Assembly: GCF_009914755.1 (NCBI RefSeq)
Contig: NC_060937.1
Length of the DNA stretch: 64,000 bases
Source: the human T2T-CHM13v2.0 reference genome, Homo sapiens
Strand: one strand, 5' to 3'
The notes under the pieces are model-generated. The model was not told where the DNA came from, did no database searches, and was given only the letters and a program-made list of their open reading frames with translations. Made by a program: the position numbers and the translations under genes. Positions 50,101 to 64,000 of this stretch are shown here, piece after piece; the first letter of the stretch is position 1; the number at the start of each line of letters is the position of its first letter.

Positions 50101-53100
50101 AATATATATTCTATAGTGTACATAAAATATCAAAGTACCCAAACTATACATTATATACTGTACATAAAATATGAAATTACATCAAATATATATTATATTA
50201 GGTACATAAAATATGAAAGTACATCAAATATATATTATATACTGTACATAAAATACCAAAGTACCCCAAATACATATTATATACTGTACATGAAATATCA
50301 AAGTTCACAAACTATATATTGTATACTGTACATAAAATATCAAAGTACCGAAGGGATATATTCTATACTGTACAAAAAATATCAAAGTACCCAAAGCATG
50401 TATTATATACTGTACATAAAATATGAAAGTACATGAAATATATATTTTATTCTGTACATAAAATATCAAAGTACACCAAATATATATTCTATAGTGTACA
50501 TAAAATATCAAAGTACCCAGACTATACATTATATACTGTACATAAAACATGAAATTACATCCAATATATATTATATTAGGTACATAAAATATGAAAGTAC
50601 ATCAAATATAAATTATATACTGTACATAAAATACCAAAGTACCCCAAATATATATTATATACTGTACATGAAATATCAAAGTTCACAAACTATATATTAT
50701 ATACTGTACATAAAATATCAAAGTACCCAAGGTATATATTCTATACTGTACAAAAAATATCAAAGTACCCAAAGCATGTATTATATAGTGTATATAAAAT
50801 ATGAAAGTACATCAAATATATATTTAATTCTGTACATAAAATATCAAAGTACACCAAATATATATTCTATAGTGTACATTAAATATCAAACTACCCAAAC
50901 TATACATTATATACTGTACATAAAATATGAAATTACATCAAATATATATTATATTAGGTACATAAAATATGAAAGTACATCAAATATAGATTATACACTG
51001 TACATAAAATACCAAAGAACCCCAAATATATATTATATACTGTACATGAAATATCAAAGTTCACAAACTATATATTATATACTGTACATAAAATATCAAA
51101 GTACCCAAGGTATATATTCTATACTGTACAAAAAATATCAAAGTTCCCAAAGCATGTATTATATACTGTTAATAAAATATGAAAGTACATCAAATATATA
51201 TTTAATTCTGTACATAAAATATCAAAGTACACCAAATATATATTCTATAGTGTACATAAAATATCAAAGTACCCAAACTATACATTATATACTGTACATA
51301 AAATATGAAATTACATCAAATATATATTATATTAGGTACATAAAATATGAAAGTACATCAAATATAGATTATATACTGTACATAAAATACCAAAGTACCC
51401 CAAATACATATTATATACTGTACATGAAATATCAAAGTTCACAAACTATATATTGTATACTGTACATAAAATATCAAAGTACCGAAGGGATATATTCTAT
51501 ACTGTACAAAAAATATCAAAGTACCCAAAGCATGTATTATATACTGTACATAAAATATGAAAGTACATGAAATATATATTTTATTCTGTACATAAAATAT
51601 CAAAGTACACCAAATATATATTCTATAGTGTACATAAAATATCAAAGTACCCAGACTATACATTATATACTGTACATAAAACATGAAATTACATCCAATA
51701 TATATTATATTAGGTACATAAAATATGAAAGTACATCAAATATAAATTATATACTGTACATAAAATACCAAAGTACCCCAAATATATATTATATACTGTA
51801 CATGAAATATCAAAGTTCACAAACTATATATTATATACTGTACATAAAATATCAAAGTACCCAAGGTATATATTCTATACTGTACAAAAAATATCAAAGT
51901 ACCCAAAGCATGTATTATATAGTGTATATAAAATATGAAAGTACATCAAATATATATTTAATTCTGTACATAAAATATCAAAGTACACCAAATATATATT
52001 CTATAGTGTACATTAAATATCAAACTACCCAAACTATACATTATATACTGTACATAAAATATGAAATTACATCAAATATATATTATATTAGGTACATAAA
52101 ATATGAAAGTACATCAAATATAGATTATACACTGTACATAAAATACCAAAGAACCCCAAATATATATTATATACTGTACATGAAATATCAAAGTTCACAA
52201 ACTATATATTATATACTGTACATAAAATATCAAAGTACCCAAGGTATATATTCTATACTGTACAAAAAATATCAAAGTACCCAAAGCATGTATTATATAG
52301 TGTATATAAAATATGAAAGTACATCAAATATATATTTAATTCTGTACATAAAATATCAAAGTACACCAAATATATATTCTATACTGTACATAAAATATCA
52401 AAGTACCCAAACTATACATTATATACTGTACATAAAATATGAAATTACATCAAATATATATTATATTAGGTACATAAAATATGAAAGTACATCAAATATA
52501 GATTATACACTGTACATAAAATACCAAAGAACCCCAAATATATATTATATACTGTACATGAAATATCAAAGTTCACAAACTATATATTATATAATGTACA
52601 TAAAATATCAAAGTACCCAAGGTATATATTCTATACTGTACAAAAAATATCAAAGTACGCAAACATGTATTATATACTGTACATAAAATATGAAATTACA
52701 TCAAATATATATTATATTAGGTACATAAAATATGAAAGTACATCAAATATACATTATATAATGTACATAAAATACCAAAGTACCCCAAATATATATTATA
52801 TACTGTACATGAAATATCAAAGTTCACAAACTATATATTATATACTGTACATAAAATATCAAAGTACCAAAGGGATATATTCTATAATGTACAAAAAATA
52901 TCAAAGTACCCAAAGCATGTATTATATACTGTACATAAAATATGAAAGTACATGAAATATATATTTTATTCTGTACATAAAATATCAAAGTACACCAAAT
53001 ATATATTCTATAGTGTACATAAAATATCAAAGTACCCAGACTATACATTATATACTGTACATAAAACATGAAATTACATCCAATATATATTATATTTGGT

Positions 53101-56100
53101 ACATAAAATATGAAAGTACATCAAATATAAATTATATACTGTACATAAAATACCAAAGTACCCCAAATATATATTATATACTGTACATGAAATATCAAAG
53201 TTCACAAACTATATAATATATACTGTACATAAAATATCAAAGTACCCAAGGTATATATTCTATACTGTACAAAAAATATCAAAGTACCCAAAGCATGTAT
53301 TATATACTGTTAATAAAATATGAAAGTACATCAAATATATATTTTATTCTGTACATAAAATATCAAAGTACACCAAATATATATTCTATAGTGTACATAA
53401 AATATCAAAGTACCCAAACTATACATTATATACTGTACATAAAATATGAAATTACATCAAATATATATTATATTAGGTACATAAAATATGAAAGTACATC
53501 AAATATATATTATATACTGTACATAAAATACCAAAGTACCCCAAATACATATTATATACTGTACATGAAATATCAAAGTTCACAAACTATATATTGTATA
53601 CTGTACATAAAATATCAAAGTACCGAAGGGATATATTCTATAGTGTACAAAAAATATCAAAGTACCCAAAGCATGTATTATATACTGTACATAAAATATG
53701 AAAGTACATGAAATATATATTTTATTCTGTACATAAAATATCAAAGTACACCAAATATATATTCTATAGTGTACATAAAATATCAAAGTACCCAGACTAT
53801 ACATTATATACTGTACATAAAACATGAAATTACATCCAATATATATTATATTAGGTACATAAAATATGAAAGTACATCAAATATAAATTATATACTGTAC
53901 ATAAAATACCAAAGTACCCCAAATATATATCATATACTGTACATGAAATATCAAAGTTCACAAACTATATATTATATACTGTACATAAAATATCAAAGTA
54001 CCCAAGGTATATATTCTATACTGTACAAAAAATATCAAAGTACCCAAAACATGTATTATATAGTGTATATAAAATATGAAAGTACATCAAATATATATTT
54101 AATTCTGTACATAAATTATCAAAGTACACCAAATATATATTCTATAGTGTACATTAAATATCAAACTACCCAAACTATACATTATATACTGTACATAAAA
54201 TATGAAATTACATCAAATATATATTATATTAGGTACATAAAATATGAAAGTACATCAAATATAGATTATACACTGTACATAAAATACCAAAGAACCCCAA
54301 ATATATATTATATACTGTACATGAAATATCAAAGTTCACAAACTATATATTATATACTGTACATAAAATATCAAAGTACCCAAGGTATATATTCTATACT
54401 GTACAAAAAATATCAAAGTACCCAAAGCATGTATTATATAGTGTATATAAAATATGAAAGTACATCAAATATATATTTAATTCTGTACATAAAATATCAA
54501 AGTACACCAAATATATATTCTATACTGTACATAAAATATCAAAGTACCCAAACTATACATTATATACTGTACATAAAATATGAAATTACATCAAATATAT
54601 ATTATATTAGGTACATAAAATATGAAAGTACATCAAATATAGATTATACACTGTACATAAAATACCAAAGAACCCCAAATATATATTATATACTGTACAT
54701 GAAATATCAAAGTTCACAAACTATATATTATATAATGTACATAAAATATCAAAGTACCCAAGGTATATATTCTATACTGTACAAAAAATATCAAAGTACG
54801 CAAACATGTATTATATACTGTACATAAAATATGAAATTACATCAAATATATATTATATTAGGTACATAAAATATGAAAGTACATCAAATATACATTATAT
54901 AATGTACATAAAATACCAAAGTACCCCAAATATATATTATATACTGTACATGAAATATCAAAGTTCACAAACTATATATTATATACTGTACATAAAATAT
55001 CAAAGTACCGAAGGGATATATTCTATAATGTACAAAAAATATCAAAGTACCCAAAGCATGTATTATATACTGTACATAAAATATGAAAGTACATGAAATA
55101 TATATTTTATTCTGTACATAAAATATCAAAGTACACCAAATATATATTCTATAGTGTACATAAAATATCAAAGTACCCAGACTATACATTATATACTGTA
55201 CATAAAACATGAAATTACATCCAATATATATTATATTTGGTACATAAAATATGAAAGTACATCAAATATAAATTATATACTGTACATAAAATACCAAAGT
55301 ACCCCAAATATATATTATATACTGTACATGAAATATCAAAGTTCACAAACTATATATTATATACTGTACATAAAATATCAAAGTACCCAAGGTATATATT
55401 CTATACTGTACAAAAAATATCAAAGTTCCCAAATCATGTATTATATACTGTTAATAAAATATGAAAGTACATCAAATATATATTTAATTCTGTACATAAA
55501 ATATCAAAGTACACCAAATATATATTCTATAGTGTACATAAAATATCAAAGTACCCAAACTATACATTATATACTGTACATAAAATATGAAATTACATCA
55601 AATATATATTATATTAGGTACATAAAATATGAAAGTACATCAAATATAGATTATATACTGTACATAAAATACCAAAGTACCCCAAATACATATTATATAC
55701 TGTACATGAAATATCAAAGTTCACAAACTATATATTGTATACTGTACATAAAATATCAAAATACCGAAGGGATATATTCTATACTGTACAAAAAATATCA
55801 AAGTACCCAAAGCATGTATTATATACTGTACATAAAATATGAAAGTACATGAAATATATATTTTATTCTGTACATAAAATATCAAAGTACACCAAATATA
55901 TATTCTATAGTGTACATAAAATATCAAAGTACCCAGACTATACATTATATACTGTACATAAAACATGAAATTACATCCAATATATATTATATTAGGTACA
56001 TAAAATATGAAAGTACATCAAATATAAATTATATACTGTACATAAAATACCAAAGTACCCCAAATATATATTATATACTGTACATGAAATATCAAAGTTC

Positions 56101-57850
56101 ACAAACTATATATTATATACTGTACATAAAATATCAAAGTACCCAAGGTATATATTCTATACTGTACAAAAAATATCAAAGTACCCAAAGCATGTATTAT
56201 ATAGTGTATATAAAATATGAAAGTACATCAAATATATATTTAATTCTGTACATAAAATATCAAAGTACACCAAATATATATTCTATAGTGTACATTAAAT
56301 ATCAAACTACCCAAACTATACATTATATACTGTACATAAAATATGAAATTACATCAAATATATATTATATTAGGTACATAAAATATGAAAGTACATCAAA
56401 TATAGATTATACACTGTACATAAAATACCAAAGAACCCCAAATATATATTATATACTGTACATGAAATATCAAAGTTCACAAACTATATATTATATACTG
56501 TACATAAAATATCAAAGTACCCAAGGTATATATTCTATACTGTACAAAAAATATCAAAGTACCCAAAGCATGTATTATATAGTGTATATAAAATATGAAA
56601 GTACATCAAATATATATTTAATTCTGTACATAAAATATCAAAGTACACCAAATATATATTCTATACTGTACATAAAATATCAAAGTACCCAAACTATACA
56701 TTATATACTGTACATAAAATATGAAATTACATCAAATATATATTATATTAGGTACATAAAATATGAAAGTACATCAAATATAGATTATACACTGTACATA
56801 AAATACCAAAGAACCCCAAATATATATTATATACTGTACATGAAATATCAAAGTTCACAAACTATATATTATATAATGTACATAAAATATCAAAGTACCC
56901 AAGGTATATATTCTATACTGTACAAAAAATATCAAAGTACGCAAACATGTATTATATACTGTACATAAAATATGAAATTACATCAAATATATATTATATT
57001 AGGTACATAAAATATGAAAGTACATCAAATATACATTATATAATGTACATAAAATACCAAAGTACCCCAAATATATATTATATACTGTACATGAAATATC
57101 AAAGTTCACAAACTATATATTGTATACTGTACATAAAATATCAAAGTACCGAAGGGATATATTCTATAATGTACAAAAAATATCAAAGTACCCAAAGCAT
57201 GTATTATATACTGTACATAAAATATGAAAGTACATGAAATATATATTTTATTCTGTACATAAAATATCAAAGTACACCAAATATATATTCTATAGTGTAC
57301 ATAAAATATCAAAGTACCCAGACTATACATTATATACTGTACATAAAACATGAAATTACATCCAATATATATTATATTTGGTACATAAAATATGAAAGTA
57401 CATCAAATATAAATTATATACTGTACATAAAATACCAAAGTACCCCAAATATATATTATATACTGTACATGAAATATCAAAGTTCACAAACTATATATTA
57501 TATACTGTACATAAAATATCAAAGTACCCAAGGTATATATTCTATACTGTACAAAAAATATCAAAGTTCCCAAAACATGTATTATATACTGTTAATAAAA
57601 TATGAAAGTACATCAAATATATATTTAATTCTGTACATAAAATATCAAAGTACACCAAATATATATTCTATAGTGTACATAAAATATCAAAGTACCCAAA
57701 CTATACATTATATACTGTACATAAAATATGAAATTACATCAAATATATATTATATTAGGTACATAAAATATGAAAGTACATCAAATATAGATTATATACT
57801 GTACATAAAATACCAAAGTACCCCAAATACATATTATATACTGTACATGA
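35120..57850 (+). repeat. Homogeneous B-subfamily domain (2,141-bp super-repeat and +/- n x 378 derivatives); the first 5.7 kb is copy B'
   Basis: Recurrent diagnostic variants: GAAGGGATAT, GTACATGAAATATATATTTT, CCAGACT, AAACATGAAATTACATCC, TATTTAATTC, CTGTTAATAA and TATTTGGTAC. The deletion marker is at 35283, 37424, 39565, 43974, 45737, 49390, 52665, 54806 and 56947. Confidence 0.85.
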
Positions 57851-60800
57851 AATATCAAAGTTCACAAACTATATATTATATACTGTACATAAAATATCAA
57901 AGTACCCAAGGTATATATTCTATACTGTACAAAAAATATCAAAGTACCCAAAGGAAGTATTATATACTGTACATAAAATATGAAAGTACATCAAATATAT
58001 ATTTTATTCTGTACATAAAATATCAAAGTACACCAAATATATATTCTATAGTGTACATAAAATATCAAAGTACCCAAACTATACATTATACACTGTACAT
58101 AAAATATGAAATTACATCAAATATATATTATATTAGGTACATAAAATATGAAAGTACATCAAATATAGATTATACACTGTACATAAAATACCAAAGAACC
58201 CCAAATATATAATATATACTGTACATGAAATATCAAAGTTCACAAACTATATATTATATACTGTACATAAAATATCAAAGTACCCAAGGTATATATTCTA
58301 TACTGTACAAAAAATATGAAAGTACCCAAAGCATGTATTATATACTGTACATAAAATATGAAAGTACATCAAATATATATTTTATTCTGTACATAAAATA
58401 TCAAAGTACACCAAATATATATTCCATGGTGTACATAAAATATCAAAGTACCCAAACTATACATTATATACTGTACATAAAATATGAAATTACTTCAAAT
58501 ATATATTATATTAGGTACATAAAATATGAAAGTACATCAAATATAAATTATATACTGTACATAAAATACCAAAGAACCCCAAATATATATTATATACTGT
58601 ACATGAAATATCAAAGTTCACAAACTATATATTATATACTGTACATAAAATATCAAAGTACCCAAGGTATATATTCTATACTGTACAAAAAATATCAAAG
58701 TACGCAAAGCATGTATTATATACTGTACATAAAATATGAAATTACATCAAATATATATTATATTAGGTACATAAAATATGAAAGTACATCACATATATAT
58801 CATATACTGTACATAAAATACCAAAGTACCCCAAATACATATTATATACTGTACATGAAATATCAAAGTTCACAAACTATATATTATATAATGTACATAA
58901 AATATCAAAGTACCGAAAGTATATATTCTATACTGTACAAAAAATATCAAAGTACCCAAAGCATGTATTATATAGTGTATATAAAATATGAAAGTACATC
59001 AAATATATATTTAACTCTGTACATAAAATATCAAAGTACACCAAATATATATTCTATACTGTACATAAAATATCAAAGTACCCAAACTATACATTATATA
59101 CTGTACATAAAATATGAAATTACATCAAATATATATTATATTAGGTACATAAAATATGAAAGTACATCAAATATAGATTATACACTGTACATAAAATACC
59201 AAAGAACCCCAAATATATATTATATACTGTACATGAAATATCAGAGTTCACAAACTATATATTATATACTGTACATAAAATATCAAAGTACCCAAGGTAT
59301 ATATTCTATACTGTACAAAAAATATCAAAGTACCCAAAGCATGTATTATATACTGTTAATAAAATATGAAAGTACATCAAATATATATTTTATTCTGTAC
59401 ATAAAATATCAAAGTACACCAAATATATATTCTATAGTGTACATAAAATATCAAAGTACCCAAACTATACCTTATATACTGTACATAAAATATGAAATTA
59501 CATCAAATATATATTATATTAGGTACATAAAATATGAAAGTACATCAAATATATATTATATACTGTACATAAAATACCAAAGTACCCCAAATACATATTA
59601 TATACTGTACATGAAATATCAAAGTTCAAAAACTATATATTATATACTGTACATAAAATATCAAAGTACCGAAGGGATATATTCTATAATGTACAAAAAA
59701 TATCAAAGTACCCAAAGCATATATTATATACTGTACATAAAATATGAAAGTACATCAAATATATATTTTATTCTGTACATAAAATATCAAAGTACACCAA
59801 ATATATATTCTATAGTGTACATAAAATATCAAAGTACCCAGACTATACATTATATACTGTACATAAAACATGAAATTACATCCAATATATATTATATTAG
59901 GTACATAAAATATGAAAGTACATCAAATATAAATTATATACTGTACATAAAATACCAAAGTACCTCAAATATATATTAAGTACTGTACATGAAATATCAA
60001 AGTTCACAAACTATATATTATATACTGTACATAAAATATCAAAGTACCCAAGGTATATATTCTATACTCTACAAAAAATATGAAAGTACCCAAAGCATGT
60101 ATTATATACGGTACATAAAATATCAAAGTACACCAAATATATATTCTATAGTGTACATAAAATATCAAAGTACCCAAACTATACATTATATACTGTACAT
60201 AAAATATGAAAGTACATCAAATATAGATTATATACTGTACATAAAATAGCAAATTACACCAAATATATATTTTATACTGTACATGCAATATCAAAGTTCA
60301 CAAACTATATATTATATACTGTACATAAAATATCAAAGTACCCAAGGTATATATTCTATACTGTACAAAAAATATCAAAGTACCCAAAGCAAGTATTATA
60401 TACTGTACATAAAATATGAAAGTACATCAAATATATATTTTATTCTGTACATAAAATATCAAAGTACACCAAATATATATTCTATAGTGTACATAAAATA
60501 TCAAAGTACCCAAACTATACATTATATACTGTACATAAAATATGAAATTACATCAAATATATATTATATTAGGTACATAAAATATGAAAGTACATCAAAT
60601 ATAGATTATACACTGTATATAAAATACCAAAGAACCCCAAATATATATTATATACTGTACATGAAATATCAAAGTTCACAAACTATATATTATATACTGT
60701 ACATAAAATATCAAAGTACCCAAGGTATATATTCTATACTGTACAAAAAATATCAAAGTACCCAAAGCATGTATTATATACTGTACATAAAATATGAAAG

Positions 60801-63250
60801 TACATCAAATATATATTTTATTCTGTACATAAAATATCAAAGTACACCAAATATATATTCTATAGTGTACATAATAAATCAAAGTACCCAAACTATACAT
60901 TAAATACTGTACATAAAATATGAAATTACATCAAATATATATTATATTAGGTACATAAAATATGAAAGTACATCAAATATAGATTATATACTGCACATAA
61001 AATACCAAAGTACCCCAAATACATATTATATACTGTACATGAAATATCAAAGTTCACAAACTATATATTATATACTGTACATAAAATATCAAAGTACCCA
61101 TGTTATATATTCTATACTGTACAAAAAATATCAAAGTACCCAAAGCATGTATTATGTACTGTTCATAAAATATGAAAGTACATCAAATATATATTTTATT
61201 CTGTACATAAAATATCAAAGTACACCAAATATATATTCTATAGTGTACATAAAATATCAAAGTACCCAAACTATACATTATATACTGTACATAAAATATG
61301 AAATTACATCAAATATATATTATATTAGGTACATAAAATATGAAAGTACATCAAATATATATTATATACTGTACATAAAATACCAAAGTACCCCAAATAC
61401 ATATTATATACTGTACATGAAATATCAAAGTTCACAAACTATATATTATATACTGTACATAAAATATCAAAGTACCGAAGGGATATATTCTATACTGTAC
61501 AAAAAATATCAAAGTACCCAAAGCATGTATTATATACTGTACATAAAATATGAAAGTACATGAAATATATATTTTTTTCTGTACATAAAATATCAAAGTA
61601 CACCAAATATATATTCTATAGTGTACATAAAATATCAAAGTACCCAGACTATACATTATATACTGTACATAAAACATGAAATTACATCCAATATATATTA
61701 TATTAGGTACATAAAATATGAAAGTACATCAAATATAAATTATATACTGTACTTAAAATACCAAAGAACCCCAAATATATATTATATACTGTACATGAAA
61801 TATCAAAGTTCACAAACTATATGTTATATACTGTATATAAAATATCAAAGTACCCAAGGTATATATTCTATACTGTACAGAAAATATCAAAGTACCCAAA
61901 GCATGTATTATGTAGTGTATATAAAATATGAAAGTACATCAAATATATATTTAATTCTGTACATAAAATATCAAAGTACACCAAATATATATTCTATACT
62001 GTACATAAAATATCAAAGTACCCAAACTATACATTATATACTGTACATAAAATATGAAATTACATCAAATATATATTATATTAGGTACATAAAATATGAA
62101 AGTACATCAAATATAGATTATACACTGTACATAAAATACCAAAGAACCCCAAATATATATTATATACTGTACATGAAATATCAAAGTTCACAAACTATAT
62201 ATTATATACTGTACATAAAATATCAAAGTACCCAAGGTATATATTCTATACTGTACAAAAAATATCAAAGTACCCAAAGCATGTATTATATAGTGTATAT
62301 AAAATATGAAAGTACATCAAATATATATTTAATTCTGTACATAAAATATCAAAGTCCACCAAATATATATTCTATACTGTACATAAAATATCAAAGTACC
62401 CAAACTATACATTATATACTGTACATAAAATATGAAATTACATCAAATATATATTATATTAGGTACATAAAATATGAAAGTACATCAAATATAGATTATA
62501 CACTGTACATAAAATACCAAAGAACCCCAAATATATATTATATACTGTACATGAAATATCAAAGTTCACAAACTATATATTATATAATGTACATAAAATA
62601 TCAAAGTACCCAAGGTATATATTCTATACTGTACAAAAAATATCAAAGTACCCAAAGCATGTATTATATACTGTACATAAAATATGAAATTACATCAAAT
62701 ATATATTATATTAGGTACATAAAATATGAAAGTACATCAAATATATATTATATACTGTACATTAAATACCAAAGTACCCAGACTATACATTATATACTGT
62801 ACATAAAAGATGAAATTACATCCAATATATATTATATTTGGTACATAAAATATGAAAGTACATCAAATATAAATTATATACTGTACATAAAATACCAAAG
62901 TACCCCAAATATATATTATATACTGTACATGAAATATCAAAGTTCACAAACTATATATTATATACTGTACATAAAATATCAAAGTACCCAAGTTATATAT
63001 TCTATACTGTACAAAAAATATCAAAGTACCCAAAGCATGTATTATATAGTGTATATAAAATATGAAAGTACATCAAATATATATTTTATTCTGTACATAA
63101 AATATCAAAGTACACCAAATATATATTCTATAGTGTACATAAAATATCAAAGTACCCAAACTATACATTATATACTGTACATAAAATATGAGATTACATC
63201 AAATATATATTATATTAGGTACATAAAATATGAAAGTACATCAGATATAG
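57850..63250 (+). repeat. More diverged, B-related HORs with several structural variants
   Basis: B-type variants occur in partial combinations plus many private substitutions. There are 6-mer, 7-mer and rearranged HORs at about 58700, 59989-60282 and 62551-62928. Confidence 0.7.
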
Positions 63251-64000
63251 ATTATATACTGTACATAAAATATCAAAGTACCCCAAATATGTATTATATA
63301 CTCTACATGAAATATCAAAGTTCGCAAACTATATATTATATACTGTACATAAAATATCAAAGTACCCAAGTTATATATTCTATACTGTACAAAAAATATC
63401 AAAGTACACAAAGCATGTATTATATACTGTATATAAAATATGAAAGTACATCAAATATATATTTTATTCTGTACATAAAATATCAAAGTACACCAGATAT
63501 ATATTCTATAGTGTACATAAAATAACAAAGTACACAAACTATAAATTATATACTGTACATAAAATATGAAATTACATCAAATATATATTAGGTACATAAA
63601 ATATGAATGTACATCAACTATAGATTATATACTGTACATATAATATCAATGTACTCCAAATATATATTTTATACTCTACATGAAACATCAAAGTTCACAA
63701 ACCATATATTTTATACTGTACATAAAATATCAAAGTACCCAAGGTATATATTCTATACTGTACAAAAAATATCAAAGTACCCAAAGCATATATTATATAC
63801 TGTACATAAAATATGAAAGTACAACAAATATATATTTTATTCCGTACATAAAATATCAAAGTACACCAGATATATATTCTATAGTGTACATAAAATATCA
63901 AAGTACCCAAACTATACATTATATACTGTACATAAAATATGAATTTACATCAAATATATATTATATTAGGTACATAAAATATGAAAGTACATCAAATATA
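63250..64000 (+). repeat. Return of the 373-bp HOR subfamily seen at the window start
   Basis: AATAACAAAGTACACAAACTATAAATT at 63521, the 5-bp deletion at about 63588 and CATATAATATCAATGTAC at about 63637 match positions 258-390 at offset 63,263. Confidence 0.8.

Larger units (their letters stand above)
1..64000 (+). repeat. HSat1A (classical human Satellite I / SAR) tandem array: 42-bp monomer, 378-bp 9-mer HOR, about 1,500 monomers / about 170 HORs
   Basis: Continuous repeat of about ACATAAAATATCAAAGTACCCAAACTATACATTATATACTGT. GTAC (RsaI) sites split the monomer into 17+25 bp, as known for Satellite I. The ORF translations repeat every 14 aa (42 bp) and every 126 aa (378 bp). Family assignment is from recalled consensus, not from a database search. 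Confidence 0.95.

Noticed and set aside
15665-61677. Recurrent 81-aa minus-strand ORF (MFYVQYIMYSLGTLIF...)
   Set aside because: It arises only where the variant TCA->TGA on the + strand removes a minus-strand stop. It is a marker of the B subfamily, not a gene.
44-63919. All + strand ORFs (67-1,274 aa) as protein-coding genes
   Set aside because: They are translations of a 42-bp satellite. Stops and frameshifts occur freely and are copied along with the duplications, and there is no unique domain, no visible codon-position bias and no gene context.
1-64000. CRISPR-like array (conserved TGTACATAAAATAT with variable intervening sequence)
   Set aside because: The intervening segments are homologous to each other and cycle every 9 monomers. 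There are no unique spacers, leader or cas genes.
1-64000. Transposon insertion, inversion, alpha satellite, CENP-B box or telomeric repeat
   Set aside because: No non-satellite sequence or strand switch was seen on reading through. The period is 42/378 bp rather than 171 bp.
1-64000. TATA-like promoters and hairpins from TATATA/TGTACA palindromes
   Set aside because: These are expected in every monomer of an AT-rich repeat, and nothing singles out any site as functional.
1-64000. Assignment to a specific chromosome or species
   Set aside because: HSat1A arrays occur on several human chromosomes (e.g. 3, 4, 13 and other acrocentrics) and related arrays may exist in apes. Placement needs a k-mer search that I cannot run.

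Overview
The whole 64 kb window is one uninterrupted, single-orientation, very AT-rich (roughly 20% GC by eye) tandem satellite array. The 42-bp monomer (consensus about ACATAAAATATCAAAGT-ACCCAAACTATACATTATATACTGT, i.e. 17+25 bp between GTAC sites) is organised into a 378-bp 9-monomer higher-order repeat (HOR). This matches human/primate classical Satellite I, i.e. HSat1A (RepeatMasker 'SAR'). I found no credible gene, RNA gene, transposon or CRISPR array. All listed ORFs are by-products of a 42-bp period with one stop-free frame. The interesting content is the array architecture, read from shared variants. (i) A 14-20 kb near-identical duplication whose left copy lacks 5,543 bp. (ii) A young 2,141-bp super-repeat subfamily that varies in steps of 378 bp, with apparent precursor forms nearby. 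(iii) A 373-bp HOR subfamily at both window edges. (iv) Several monomer-deletion HOR variants. One speculative functional observation: the + strand carries about 6 perfect Pumilio elements (TGTACATA) per HOR. Block boundaries were read by eye and are approximate (about +/-100 bp).
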